Below the pieces are notes generated by a model, which saw only the letters and a program-made list of their open reading frames with translations, did no database searches and was not told where the DNA came from. Shown piece by piece: positions 36,114 to 44,984 of a stretch of DNA of 64,000 nucleotides; the first letter of the stretch is position 1, and each line of letters opens with the position of its first letter. Position numbers and translations under genes: made by a program. Origin of the DNA: Shigella phage ESh28; sequence record ON528738. One strand, written 5' to 3'.

Positions 36114-36854
36114 ATGATTAGTGACTCTATGACAGTTGAAGAAATCCGTCTTCATTTGGGGCTTGCATTAAAAGAAAAAGATTTCGTAGTTGATAAAACT
36201 GGTGTTAAAACTATTGAAATTATTGGCGCATCATTTGTAGCAGATGAACCGTTTATTTTTGGCGCTCTTAATGATGAATACATTCAGCGTGAACTTGAAT
36301 GGTACAAGTCTCAAAGTCTGTTTGTTAAAGATATTCCAGGTGAAACACCAAAGATTTGGCAGCAGGTAGCATCTTCTAAAGGCGAAATTAACTCGAATTA
36401 TGGTTGGGCTATTTGGTCAGAAGATAACTATGCCCAGTATGATATGTGTTTAGCTGAACTTGGTCAAAATCCTGATTCTCGACGTGGCATCATGATTTAT
36501 ACTCGTCCATCTATGCAGTTTGACTACAATAAAGATGGTATGTCAGATTTCATGTGTACGAATACAGTACAGTACCTGATTCGTGATAAGAAAGTCAATG
36601 CAGTAGTAAGCATGCGCTCAAATGACGTGGTCTTCGGATTCCGCAATGATTATGCATGGCAAAAATACGTACTAGATAAATTAGTATCTGATTTGAATGC
36701 AGGCGATTCAACTCGTCAGTATAAAGCAGGTTCTATTATATGGAATGTCGGAAGTCTTCATGTATATTCTCGTCATTTTTACTTGGTTGATCATTGGTGG
36801 AATACTGGCGAAACTCATATTGTGAAAAAAGATTATAACGGTGAGTGGAAATGA
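36114..36854 (+). CDS. 42: dCMP hydroxymethylase gp42
   Basis: 246 aa; thymidylate-synthase-like fold; matches T4 gp42. Confidence 0.9.
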   Translation: MISDSMTVEEIRLHLGLALKEKDFVVDKTGVKTIEIIGASFVADEPFIFGALNDEYIQRELEWYKSQSLFVKDIPGETPKIWQQVASSKGEINSNYGWAIWSEDNYAQYDMCLAELGQNPDSRRGIMIYTRPSMQFDYNKDGMSDFMCTNTVQYLIRDKKVNAVVSMRSNDVVFGFRNDYAWQKYVLDKLVSDLNAGDSTRQYKAGSIIWNVGSLHVYSRHFYLVDHWWNTGETHIVKKDYNGEWK

Positions 36855-37693
36855 TTCAATTCGTAATTCCAAGCTATCAACGTGTAGGGGCAGTTTCTGC
36901 CCTTGATATGTTTCCGACTGATTATGAACCGCATATTGTAGTGCGTGAACACGAAGAAAAAGCTTATTATGATGCCTATGGGTCTAGAGCTAAAATTATA
37001 ACTATTCCTGATGATGTTAATGGAATTTCCGGTACTCGTAAAGCAATTACTGATATGTATGCAGGTCAACGAATCTGGATGATTGACGATGATACTACTA
37101 TTCGTATGAGTTCAATACGAAAAAGAGATGATCGCCGATGTGTAGATAAAATTAATCAATTAACTCGTGAACAGTTCTATGAATTGATTCAATACGTTGA
37201 GGATGCCATGGATTGTGGGTATTATCATGGCCATGCTCGTCTACCAATTTTTAAAATTACTTCATCTTGGGGTAATTATCGTGAAAATTCATATGGATTC
37301 ACAAATACATGGTATGACCTTGGAAAACTTACGACAGAACAAATTGGGTATGGAAAAATTGATTTATGTGAAGATATGTATGCATTTCTCAATTTAATTA
37401 ATCAAGGTTATCCGCATTTGGCCTTGTTCAAATATCTGGTTGTATCTGGAAAAGCACAGGCTCCTGGCGGGTGCAGTTCAATTCGTAGTAATTCTAAACA
37501 TAATAGAGCGCTTGAGCAAATCAATAGAGAGTTTCCAGAGCAAGCTCGTTGGAAAACTTCTAATATTGAAAAACGAAAATCGTTGGGTGAAGAAGACGAA
37601 CCATTAAAGGTTCTTCGCATGTGTGTTTCGCGCAAAGAAAAATCAGAAGCATTTCATAAGTTTAATGTTATTCATCCAATAGCAGTTGATTAA
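36851..37693 (+). CDS. putative DNA sugar-transferase (GT-A-like, DxD motif) at the beta-gt locus
   Basis: Track ORF 36845..37693 trimmed to ATG; 280 aa; VIPSYQR and IWMIDDD motifs; unlike T4 beta-gt (351 aa) as recalled. Confidence 0.6.
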   Translation: MIQFVIPSYQRVGAVSALDMFPTDYEPHIVVREHEEKAYYDAYGSRAKIITIPDDVNGISGTRKAITDMYAGQRIWMIDDDTTIRMSSIRKRDDRRCVDKINQLTREQFYELIQYVEDAMDCGYYHGHARLPIFKITSSWGNYRENSYGFTNTWYDLGKLTTEQIGYGKIDLCEDMYAFLNLINQGYPHLALFKYLVVSGKAQAPGGCSSIRSNSKHNRALEQINREFPEQARWKTSNIEKRKSLGEEDEPLKVLRMCVSRKEKSEAFHKFNVIHPIAVD

Positions 37694-37770
37694 TGCCTAA
37701 ATTTATTGTGTTATAATTACTCTATCTTTAACCAGTGAGGAAAATATAATGATGCCTATGGAAAAAATGA

Positions 37771-38952
37771 ATGTCTATTGCAGATTTAAAATCCCGTTTG
37801 ATTAAAGCTTCCACTTCTAAAATGACTGCTGAACTGACTACATCTAAATTCTTTAATGAAAAGGATGTAATTCGTACAAAAATTCCAATGCTTAATATTG
37901 CTATTTCTGGTGCGATTGATGGCGGTATGCAGTCTGGTTTAACTATTTTCGCAGGGCCTTCTAAACACTTTAAATCAAATATGTCTTTGACTATGGTTGC
38001 GGCATATTTAAACAAATATCCTGACGCGGTTTGTCTATTCTATGATAGTGAATTTGGTATTACTCCAGCTTATTTGCGATCCATGGGAGTTGACCCGGAA
38101 CGAGTAATTCATACGCCAATCCAGTCAGTTGAACAGCTGAAAATTGATATGGTGAATCAGCTTGAAGCTATTGAGCGCGGTGAAAAAGTTATTGTATTCA
38201 TCGACTCAATCGGTAATATGGCTTCTAAGAAAGAAACGGAAGATGCCTTGAATGAAAAATCTGTGGCAGATATGACTCGTGCTAAATCACTGAAGTCATT
38301 ATTCCGTATTGTTACTCCTTACTTTAGCATTAAAAATATTCCATGTGTTGCGGTTAACCATACAATTGAAACAATTGAAATGTTTAGTAAAACCGTGATG
38401 ACAGGTGGTACAGGCGTAATGTATTCGGCTGATACCGTATTCATTATCGGTAAGCGTCAGATTAAAGATGGTTCTGATCTTCAGGGGTATCAATTTGTTC
38501 TAAATGTAGAAAAATCTCGTACCGTTAAAGAAAAAAGTAAATTCTTTATTGATGTTAAATTTGATGGTGGTATCGATCCTTATTCTGGATTGTTAGATAT
38601 GGCTCTAGAATTAGGATTTGTGGTAAAACCTAAAAATGGCTGGTATGCTCGTGAATTTCTTGATGAAGAAACTGGCGAGATGATTCGCGAAGAAAAATCT
38701 TGGCGCGCAAAAGATACCAACTGCACTACATTCTGGGGTCCTTTATTTAAGCATCAACCATTCCGAGATGCTATTAAACGTGCTTATCAGTTAGGTGCTA
38801 TTGATAGTAATGAAATTGTTGAAGCTGAAGTTGATGAATTGATTAACTCAAAGGTTGAAAAATTTAAATCTCCGGAAAGTAAAAGTAAATCAGCTGCTGA
38901 TTTAGAAACTGACCTCGAGCAGTTAAGTGATATGGAAGAATTTAATGAATAA
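37771..38952 (+). CDS. uvsX: recombinase UvsX (RecA-like)
   Basis: 393 aa; Walker A GPSKHFKS, C-terminal acidic tail; matches T4 UvsX. Confidence 0.9.
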   Translation: MSIADLKSRLIKASTSKMTAELTTSKFFNEKDVIRTKIPMLNIAISGAIDGGMQSGLTIFAGPSKHFKSNMSLTMVAAYLNKYPDAVCLFYDSEFGITPAYLRSMGVDPERVIHTPIQSVEQLKIDMVNQLEAIERGEKVIVFIDSIGNMASKKETEDALNEKSVADMTRAKSLKSLFRIVTPYFSIKNIPCVAVNHTIETIEMFSKTVMTGGTGVMYSADTVFIIGKRQIKDGSDLQGYQFVLNVEKSRTVKEKSKFFIDVKFDGGIDPYSGLLDMALELGFVVKPKNGWYAREFLDEETGEMIREEKSWRAKDTNCTTFWGPLFKHQPFRDAIKRAYQLGAIDSNEIVEAEVDELINSKVEKFKSPESKSKSAADLETDLEQLSDMEEFNE

Positions 38953-39289
38953 AGATGATTTAGACTTAGATCTAGAAATTATCGATGAATCCCCCTCTTC
39001 GGAGGGGGAAGAAGAAAGAAAAGAACGTCTTTTTAATGAATCTCTTAAGATAATTAAATCCGCTATGGAAAATGTTATCCAGGAGATTGTCATTAAACTA
39101 GAAGATGGTTCTACGCATATAGTATATGTAACAAAACTGGATTGGGTTAATGGAAAGGTTGTAATGGACTTTGCTGTTCTTGACCAAGAAAGAAAAGCTG
39201 AGTTAGCTCCTCATGTAGAAAAATGTATTACAATGCAACTACAAGATGCATTTAATAAAAGGTCAAAGAAAAAATTTAAATTCTTTTAA
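38945..39289 (+). CDS. 40: probable gene 40 product, about 114 aa
   Basis: Track ORF 38927..39289 trimmed to ATG overlapping uvsX stop; position between uvsX and 41. Confidence 0.5.
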   Translation: MNKDDLDLDLEIIDESPSSEGEEERKERLFNESLKIIKSAMENVIQEIVIKLEDGSTHIVYVTKLDWVNGKVVMDFAVLDQERKAELAPHVEKCITMQLQDAFNKRSKKKFKFF

Positions 39290-39298
39290 GGAGTAAGT

Positions 39299-40726
39299 GT
39301 GGTAGAAATTATTCTTTCTCATCTCATATTTGATCAAGCTTATTTTTCAAAAGTTTGGCCATATATGGATTCAGAATATTTTGAAAGTGGTCCAGCTAAA
39401 AATACGTTCAAATTAATTAAATCTCATGTTAATGAGTATCATAGCGTTCCATCTATTAATGCGTTAAATGTTGCATTAGAAAATAGTTCATTTACTGAAA
39501 CGGAATATTCTGGTGTAAAAACACTTATTTCAAAACTAGCCGATTCTCCAGAAGACCACAGCTGGTTAATAAAAGAAACAGAAAAATATGTTCAGCAAAG
39601 GGCGATGTTTAATGCTACGTCTAAAATAATCGAAATTCAAACTAATGCTGAGCTTCCTCCGGAAAAACGAAATAAGAAAATGCCGGATGTTGGTGCTATT
39701 CCTGACATCATGCGTCAAGCATTATCAATTTCATTTGATAGCTACGTTGGTCATGATTGGATGGATGACTACGAAGCACGCTGGCTATCTTATATGAATA
39801 AAGCTCGTAAGGTTCCATTTAAACTCAGAATTCTAAACAAAATTACTAAAGGCGGAGCTGAGACTGGAACACTGAACGTTTTAATGGCTGGTGTTAACGT
39901 TGGTAAATCATTAGGACTTTGTTCATTAGCAGCAGATTATTTGCAGCTTGGTCATAACGTTCTTTATATCTCCATGGAAATGGCAGAAGAAGTCTGTGCT
40001 AAGCGTATTGATGCTAATATGCTTGATGTTTCTCTTGATGACATTGATGATGGGCATATTTCTTACGCTGAGTATAAAGGAAAAATGGAAAAATGGCGCG
40101 AGAAATCTACTCTCGGTCGTTTAATCGTTAAACAGTATCCTACTGGTGGAGCAGACGCTAATACATTCAGGTCTCTCTTGAACGAATTGAAGCTCAAAAA
40201 GAATTTTGTTCCAACAATCATTATTGTCGACTATCTAGGTATTTGTAAATCTTGCCGCATTAGAGTTTATTCAGAAAATAGTTACACAACTGTTAAAGCT
40301 ATTGCAGAGGAATTGCGTGCTCTGGCTGTTGAAACCGAAACTGTTCTTTGGACTGCAGCACAGGTCGGTAAACAAGCTTGGGACTCTTCTGATGTTAACA
40401 TGAGCGATATTGCAGAATCTGCCGGTCTTCCAGCAACGGCTGATTTTATGCTTGCGGTCATTGAAACCGAGGAGCTAGCAGCTGCTGAACAACAACTTAT
40501 TAAGCAAATCAAATCACGATATGGCGATAAGAATAAGTGGAATAAGTTTTTGATGGGTGTTCAAAAGGGAAATCAGAAATGGGTAGAAATTGAACAAGAT
40601 TCTACTCCAACCGAAGTGAGTGAAGTAGCAGGTTCACAACAGATTCAGGCTGAACAGAATCGCTATCAAAGAAACGAATCAGCTCGAGCTCAGTTAGATG
40701 CTTTGGCAAATGAATTAAAATTTTAG
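39299..40726 (+). CDS. 41: replicative DNA helicase gp41 (DnaB-like)
   Basis: 475 aa, GTG start; MVEIILSHLIFDQAYF, Walker A GVNVGKS; matches T4 gp41. Confidence 0.9.
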   Translation: MVEIILSHLIFDQAYFSKVWPYMDSEYFESGPAKNTFKLIKSHVNEYHSVPSINALNVALENSSFTETEYSGVKTLISKLADSPEDHSWLIKETEKYVQQRAMFNATSKIIEIQTNAELPPEKRNKKMPDVGAIPDIMRQALSISFDSYVGHDWMDDYEARWLSYMNKARKVPFKLRILNKITKGGAETGTLNVLMAGVNVGKSLGLCSLAADYLQLGHNVLYISMEMAEEVCAKRIDANMLDVSLDDIDDGHISYAEYKGKMEKWREKSTLGRLIVKQYPTGGADANTFRSLLNELKLKKNFVPTIIIVDYLGICKSCRIRVYSENSYTTVKAIAEELRALAVETETVLWTAAQVGKQAWDSSDVNMSDIAESAGLPATADFMLAVIETEELAAAEQQLIKQIKSRYGDKNKWNKFLMGVQKGNQKWVEIEQDSTPTEVSEVAGSQQIQAEQNRYQRNESARAQLDALANELKF

Positions 40727-40757
40727 TTTACAAGCTGACAAGACTATGGTATAGTAG
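40724..40757 (+). promoter_or_regulatory. T4-type early promoter
   Basis: gtttac 40726-40731, tggtatagt 40747-40755; -10 lies within inverted repeat caagacta/tagtcttg. Confidence 0.6.
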
Positions 40758-40784
40758 TCTTGTTGGTTAAATGAGGAGATTGTT

Positions 40785-40967
40785 ATGGAATTGGTAAAGG
40801 TAGTTTTTATGGGGTGGTTTAAGAATGAAAGTATGTTTACTAAAGAAATCACAATGATGAAAGATGACGTTCAATGGGCTACTACTCAATATGCTGAAGT
40901 TAATAAAGCATTAGTTAAAGCTTTCATTGATGACAAGAAAGTATGTGAAGTGGATTGCCGAGGATAA
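40785..40967 (+). CDS. dmd: Dmd antitoxin (inhibitor of RnlA/LsoA)
   Basis: 60 aa, MELVKVVFMGWFKNESMF; length, own early promoter and position next to gene 41 match T4 dmd (61.5). Confidence 0.7.
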   Translation: MELVKVVFMGWFKNESMFTKEITMMKDDVQWATTQYAEVNKALVKAFIDDKKVCEVDCRG

Positions 40968-40968
40968 T

Positions 40969-41226
40969 ATGCATATTGTTTTATTTAAACCTACTCCATA
41001 TAACGTCAGGAAAAATACTCAATTCAAAGCACTTATTGCAGATACGTGGGAATTGGTGTTAGATATTCCAGCAGAAGAAAGTCCTCCATTTGGTCGAGTG
41101 GAATTTATTAAGTTTGCTGTACGTCCTACGAAGAGACAGATTCGTCAGTGTAAAAGGTATTTTCGTAAAATCGTTAAGCTAGAGAAACAGTTTGTAACAT
41201 GTGATTATGCAGAAGTTTTAAAATAG
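40969..41226 (+). CDS. hypothetical protein, 85 aa (T4 61.4 position)
   Basis: Track ORF 40927..41226 trimmed to ATG after cgaggataat. Confidence 0.5.
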   Translation: MHIVLFKPTPYNVRKNTQFKALIADTWELVLDIPAEESPPFGRVEFIKFAVRPTKRQIRQCKRYFRKIVKLEKQFVTCDYAEVLK

Positions 41227-41260
41227 CTGTTTACTTTTGTTGGAAATTGATATACTATAT
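41227..41260 (+). promoter_or_regulatory. T4-type early promoter
   Basis: gtttac 41229-41234, tatactatat -10 region. Confidence 0.5.
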
Positions 41261-41286
41261 AAACATAAACTACTGAGGAGATTATC

Positions 41287-41580
41287 ATGAAAAAATTTAT
41301 CTTTGCTACAATTTTTGCTTTAGCTTCTTGTGCTGCTCAGCCTGCTATGGCAGGATATGATAAAGATTTGTGTGAATGGTCTATGACTGCAGATCAGACT
41401 GAAGTTGAAACTCAAATTGAAGCGGATATTATGAATATCGTTGAGCGCGATCGTCCTGAAATGAAAGCTGAAGTGCAAAAACAACTTAAGTCTGGTGGTG
41501 TAATGCAGTATAATTATGTTCTGTATTGCGATAAAAACTTTAATAACAAAAATATCGTAACCGAAATCACAGGCGAATAA
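41287..41580 (+). CDS. sp: spackle periplasmic protein Sp
   Basis: 97 aa, signal peptide MKKFIFATIFALASCAAQPAMA; matches T4 Sp (61.3) as recalled. Confidence 0.7.
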   Translation: MKKFIFATIFALASCAAQPAMAGYDKDLCEWSMTADQTEVETQIEADIMNIVERDRPEMKAEVQKQLKSGGVMQYNYVLYCDKNFNNKNIVTEITGE

Positions 41581-41581
41581 T

Positions 41582-42214
41582 ATGATTTATTATATGCACA
41601 AAAATCCACCGTTTAAATACGGTAAATTTCCTGATGCACAATGTTATAACATAACGCCTGATGAAAATAACCGTGGATATCTTATTGGCACAATTTTTGT
41701 AATTGTTAAAGATAACGAAATCGTTGCCTGGGCAGATTTTAAAGGTACAACATATGATGTTAATCCGGTGCCTTTCACATATTACAATTTAATGGATTTG
41801 GCATACGATTATAATTGGTTTAATCATGACACGTTGGCTCATATTGAAGGTGTAGGATTTGACATCTCTTATTCTAGCTACTCATTGTGTCCTATGAGTC
41901 GGGCTCATAAAGAACCTGAATATTTTTCATTTAGGAAACGTGTAAACTTTAAACGCAACACAGAGTATGTCGGTGGAATCTTTGTTAAAGATAATCGAAT
42001 TACTCGCATTATTTATCCTTTGGGCTGTGGTCAAAAAGATATTGATGTTGATTTAGACTTTACTGAAAACATCATTAATCATATTGCTTCTGTGTATTTT
42101 GGTATCGATCACAAAATTGTAATATGTGGATATGAATTACCGTTTGAAGAACAACCTAAAGTAAAAGTTTCTATTGACGATCAAATTTTTAATGCTTTTA
42201 TGAATAAAGGTTAA
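41582..42214 (+). CDS. 61.2-like protein, 210 aa (possible anti-DarT factor AdfA homolog)
   Basis: Track ORF; position matches T4 61.2; shares VKDN motif and 14-aa C-terminal tail with the next ORF. Confidence 0.5.
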   Translation: MIYYMHKNPPFKYGKFPDAQCYNITPDENNRGYLIGTIFVIVKDNEIVAWADFKGTTYDVNPVPFTYYNLMDLAYDYNWFNHDTLAHIEGVGFDISYSSYSLCPMSRAHKEPEYFSFRKRVNFKRNTEYVGGIFVKDNRITRIIYPLGCGQKDIDVDLDFTENIINHIASVYFGIDHKIVICGYELPFEEQPKVKVSIDDQIFNAFMNKG

Positions 42215-42215
42215 T

Positions 42216-42572
42216 ATGTATAGTTCTGAATTTTCATATTTAAAAATGGAAAAAATTTCATACGATTTTATAGATGAAAAGGTTTATTACAGTTTCCATG
42301 AACCACGTTTTAATAGTGAGGTTGGGTTTATTGTAGTAAAAGACAATTTCATTTTAAAGATATATTCGGCATTAAAGGATTTTCACTACGAAAATATTAA
42401 CCTAAAATTTGATAAAGAAAACGTTCGTAATTGTGCAGTAACAATTACAGGAAATAAAGGCACATGTGTTATGCTATCTGATGAAATTAATGATTTGCTA
42501 AATGATGCCGAAAAGGTTGCTATTCCATCTATTGATGACCAAATTTTTAATGCTTTTATGAATAGAGGTTAA
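42216..42572 (+). CDS. truncated paralog of the 61.2-like gene, 118 aa
   Basis: Track ORF; ends in SIDDQIFNAFMNRG, near-identical to the preceding gene's SIDDQIFNAFMNKG. Confidence 0.5.
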   Translation: MYSSEFSYLKMEKISYDFIDEKVYYSFHEPRFNSEVGFIVVKDNFILKIYSALKDFHYENINLKFDKENVRNCAVTITGNKGTCVMLSDEINDLLNDAEKVAIPSIDDQIFNAFMNRG

Positions 42573-42573
42573 T

Positions 42574-42738
42574 ATGAAAACATATAAAGAATTTATTAAA
42601 GAAGATATGGTAGCTGGAGATTCAGGTGGTAATCCTGAAAATATCTCTACTGGAACAACATCAGGTGCTGTAGTAAATAAAGGTCCTGAACAGATTCCTA
42701 AAAAGAAAAAAGAGGAATCTAAAGAAAAAGAAGAGTAA
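42574..42738 (+). CDS. hypothetical Lys/Glu-rich protein, 54 aa (T4 61.1 position)
   Basis: ATG 2 nt after previous stop; ends 2 nt before primase start. Confidence 0.4.
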   Translation: MKTYKEFIKEDMVAGDSGGNPENISTGTTSGAVVNKGPEQIPKKKKEESKEKEE

Positions 42739-42740
42739 AA

Positions 42741-43769
42741 ATGTCATCAATACCTTGGATTGATAATGAGTTTGCGTATCGTGCATTAGCTCATTTACCT
42801 AAATTCACACAAGTAAATAATAGTTCAACTTTTAAATTGCGGTTTAGATGCCCTGTTTGTGGAGATTCAAAAACCGACCAGAATAAAGCTCGTGGATGGT
42901 ATTATGGTGATAATAATGAAGGAAATATTCATTGTTATAACTGTAACTATCATGCACCAATCGGAATATATTTAAAGGAGTTTGAACCTGATTTATATCG
43001 TGAGTATATCTTTGAAATAAGAAAAGAAAAAGGTAAAAGTCGTCCAATAGAAAAACCTAAAGAACTTCCTAAACAACCTGAGAAGAAAATAATTAAATCT
43101 CTTCCGTCATGCGTTAGATTAGATAAACTGGCGGAAGACCATCCAATTATAAAATATGTAAAAGCTCGTTGTATTCCAAAGGATAAATGGAAATTTCTTT
43201 GGTTTACAACCGAATGGCCTAAATTAGTTAATAGCATAGCACCGGGAACATACAAAAAGGAAATTTCTGAGCCTCGTCTTGTTATTCCAATTTATAATGC
43301 TAACGGAAAAGCCGAGTCTTTTCAAGGACGCGCATTAAAGAAAGATGCTCCTCAAAAATATATCACCATCAAAGCTTATCCTGAGGCAACAAAAATTTAC
43401 GGTGTTGAACGAGTTAAAGATGGTGATGTATATGTTCTAGAAGGACCTATAGATTCGCTTTTTATTGAAAATGGTATAGCTATTACGGGTGGTCAATTAG
43501 ACCTAGAAGTTGTTCCATTTAAAGATAGACGAGTGTGGGTTTTAGATAATGAACCTCGTCATCCTGACACTATCAAGCGAATGACTAAATTAGTTGATGC
43601 AGGAGAAAGGGTTATGTTTTGGGATAAATCTCCCTGGAAATCAAAAGATGTTAATGATATGATTAGAAAGGAAGGTGCAACCCCTGAACAAATTATGGAA
43701 TATATGAAAAATAATATTGCCCAGGGGTTGATGGCTAAAATGCGGCTATCTAAATATGCTAAGATTTAA
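42741..43769 (+). CDS. 61: DNA primase gp61
   Basis: 342 aa; zinc ribbon CPVCGDSKTD...CYNCNYH and Toprim domain; matches T4 gp61. Confidence 0.9.
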   Translation: MSSIPWIDNEFAYRALAHLPKFTQVNNSSTFKLRFRCPVCGDSKTDQNKARGWYYGDNNEGNIHCYNCNYHAPIGIYLKEFEPDLYREYIFEIRKEKGKSRPIEKPKELPKQPEKKIIKSLPSCVRLDKLAEDHPIIKYVKARCIPKDKWKFLWFTTEWPKLVNSIAPGTYKKEISEPRLVIPIYNANGKAESFQGRALKKDAPQKYITIKAYPEATKIYGVERVKDGDVYVLEGPIDSLFIENGIAITGGQLDLEVVPFKDRRVWVLDNEPRHPDTIKRMTKLVDAGERVMFWDKSPWKSKDVNDMIRKEGATPEQIMEYMKNNIAQGLMAKMRLSKYAKI

Positions 43770-43966
43770 ATCAACCCAACTAAAGCAAATGCTAAATCTA
43801 CGAATGTATCAAGAGTAACTATTGGAATATTAATACCATGTGCAATTGCAACAGGTGATAGAATAAAGTTCCAGAGTAAAATTCCTACCATAGCAGAAAT
43901 AGTAAAAGCTATACGTTTTTTATTACCTTTTATGGCATTAACAAGTGCCATTAATTTTTGTACCAT
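43766..43966 (-). CDS. antisense small membrane protein, 66 aa
   Basis: Only intergenic minus-strand ORF; AAGGAGG 5 nt upstream of ATG; two hydrophobic helices; convergent with primase. Confidence 0.45.
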   Translation of the reverse strand: MVQKLMALVNAIKGNKKRIAFTISAMVGILLWNFILSPVAIAHGINIPIVTLDTFVDLAFALVGLI

Positions 43967-44039
43967 ATGTCCTCCTTATTGCTTTATATATTTATTGTAT
44001 AATTAATCTACTAACCCATGAATTGAAAGGAAAAATAAC

Positions 44040-44558
44040 ATGCCACATTTCAACGAATGTAGTCAACTGATCGAAGGTGCTGATAAAGCTCAAAATGAAT
44101 ATTGGGATATTCTCGGTGATGAAAAAGACCCGCTGCAGGTAATGCTTGACATGCAGAAATCTCTACAGATTCGTTTAGCTAAAGATAAACCTGAATATAA
44201 CCGTCATCCTGATGATTTGGCTACTGCAGGTGAAGTTGTTGATTGGCTGCGTAATCAGAAAGATTACATTGATGATGAATTCCGTGAACTTCTGACTTCT
44301 CTTGGTGGTATGAGCAATGGTGAAAAAGATGCATCTGCTGTATGGAAGCCTTGGAAGTCGCAGCATGGTGAACGCCGTGAAACTCTAATTACTGATTTGT
44401 CTCCTCAAGACCAGTTGGAAATTAAATTCGAAATGATTGATATTCTTCATTTCGTTCTGAACATGTTCCAAGGTCTTGGTCTTACGGCTGAAGAAATCTT
44501 TAAACTTTATTATCTGAAAAATGCTGAAAACTTCGCTCGTCAAGATCGAGGTTATTAA
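44040..44558 (+). CDS. 56: dCTP pyrophosphatase gp56 (MazG-like)
   Basis: 172 aa; position and length match T4 gp56. Confidence 0.8.
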   Translation: MPHFNECSQLIEGADKAQNEYWDILGDEKDPLQVMLDMQKSLQIRLAKDKPEYNRHPDDLATAGEVVDWLRNQKDYIDDEFRELLTSLGGMSNGEKDASAVWKPWKSQHGERRETLITDLSPQDQLEIKFEMIDILHFVLNMFQGLGLTAEEIFKLYYLKNAENFARQDRGY

Positions 44559-44602
44559 TGGCTCGTTTAAATAAACGACGACTTAAAAGCCGTGAGAATT
44601 AT

Positions 44603-44610
44603 TATAAATA
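44603..44610 (+). promoter_or_regulatory. T4 late promoter core TATAAATA (soc)
   Basis: Exact tataaata about 30 nt upstream of soc ATG. Confidence 0.65.
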
Positions 44611-44640
44611 ATCATGTAATTTAAATAAAAGGAGAATTAC

Positions 44641-44886
44641 ATGGCTAGTACTCGCGGTTATGTTAATATCAAAACATTTGAGCAGAAATTAGATGGAAAT
44701 AAGAAAATTGAAGGAAAGGAAATTTCAGTAGCTTTCCCTCTTTATTCTGACGTTCACAAAATTTCTGGCGCTCATTACCAGACATTCCCTTCAGAAAAAG
44801 CAGCATATACTACTGTATATGAAGAAAATCAACGTGCTGCATGGATTGCTGCAAACGAAGATTTGTGGAAAGTAACTGGTGGTTAA
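44641..44886 (+). CDS. soc: small outer capsid protein Soc
   Basis: 81 aa, MASTRGYVNIKTFEQKLDGNKKIEGKEISVAFPLY; matches T4 Soc. Confidence 0.85.
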   Translation: MASTRGYVNIKTFEQKLDGNKKIEGKEISVAFPLYSDVHKISGAHYQTFPSEKAAYTTVYEENQRAAWIAANEDLWKVTGG

Positions 44887-44892
44887 TAATTC

Positions 44893-44919
44893 AAGGACTC
44901 CTTCGGGAGTCCTTTTTTC
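44893..44919 (+). terminator. rho-independent terminator
   Basis: ggactcc-ttcg-ggagtcc followed by tttttt. Confidence 0.75.
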
Positions 44920-44926
44920 ATTTAAA

Positions 44927-44960
44927 CGGTTTACTTTCCAAAATGAGTATGGTATAATAG
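44927..44960 (+). promoter_or_regulatory. T4-type early promoter
   Basis: gtttac 44929-44934, tggtataat 44950-44958. Confidence 0.6.
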
Positions 44961-44984
44961 ATTTATCTTATAGAGGAGAGCACT

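Noticed and set aside
38990-39009. GC-rich UUCG hairpin considered as the uvsX terminator
   Set aside because: No downstream U tract and it lies inside the gene 40 reading frame, so it is reported as an RNA structure of unknown role rather than a terminator feature
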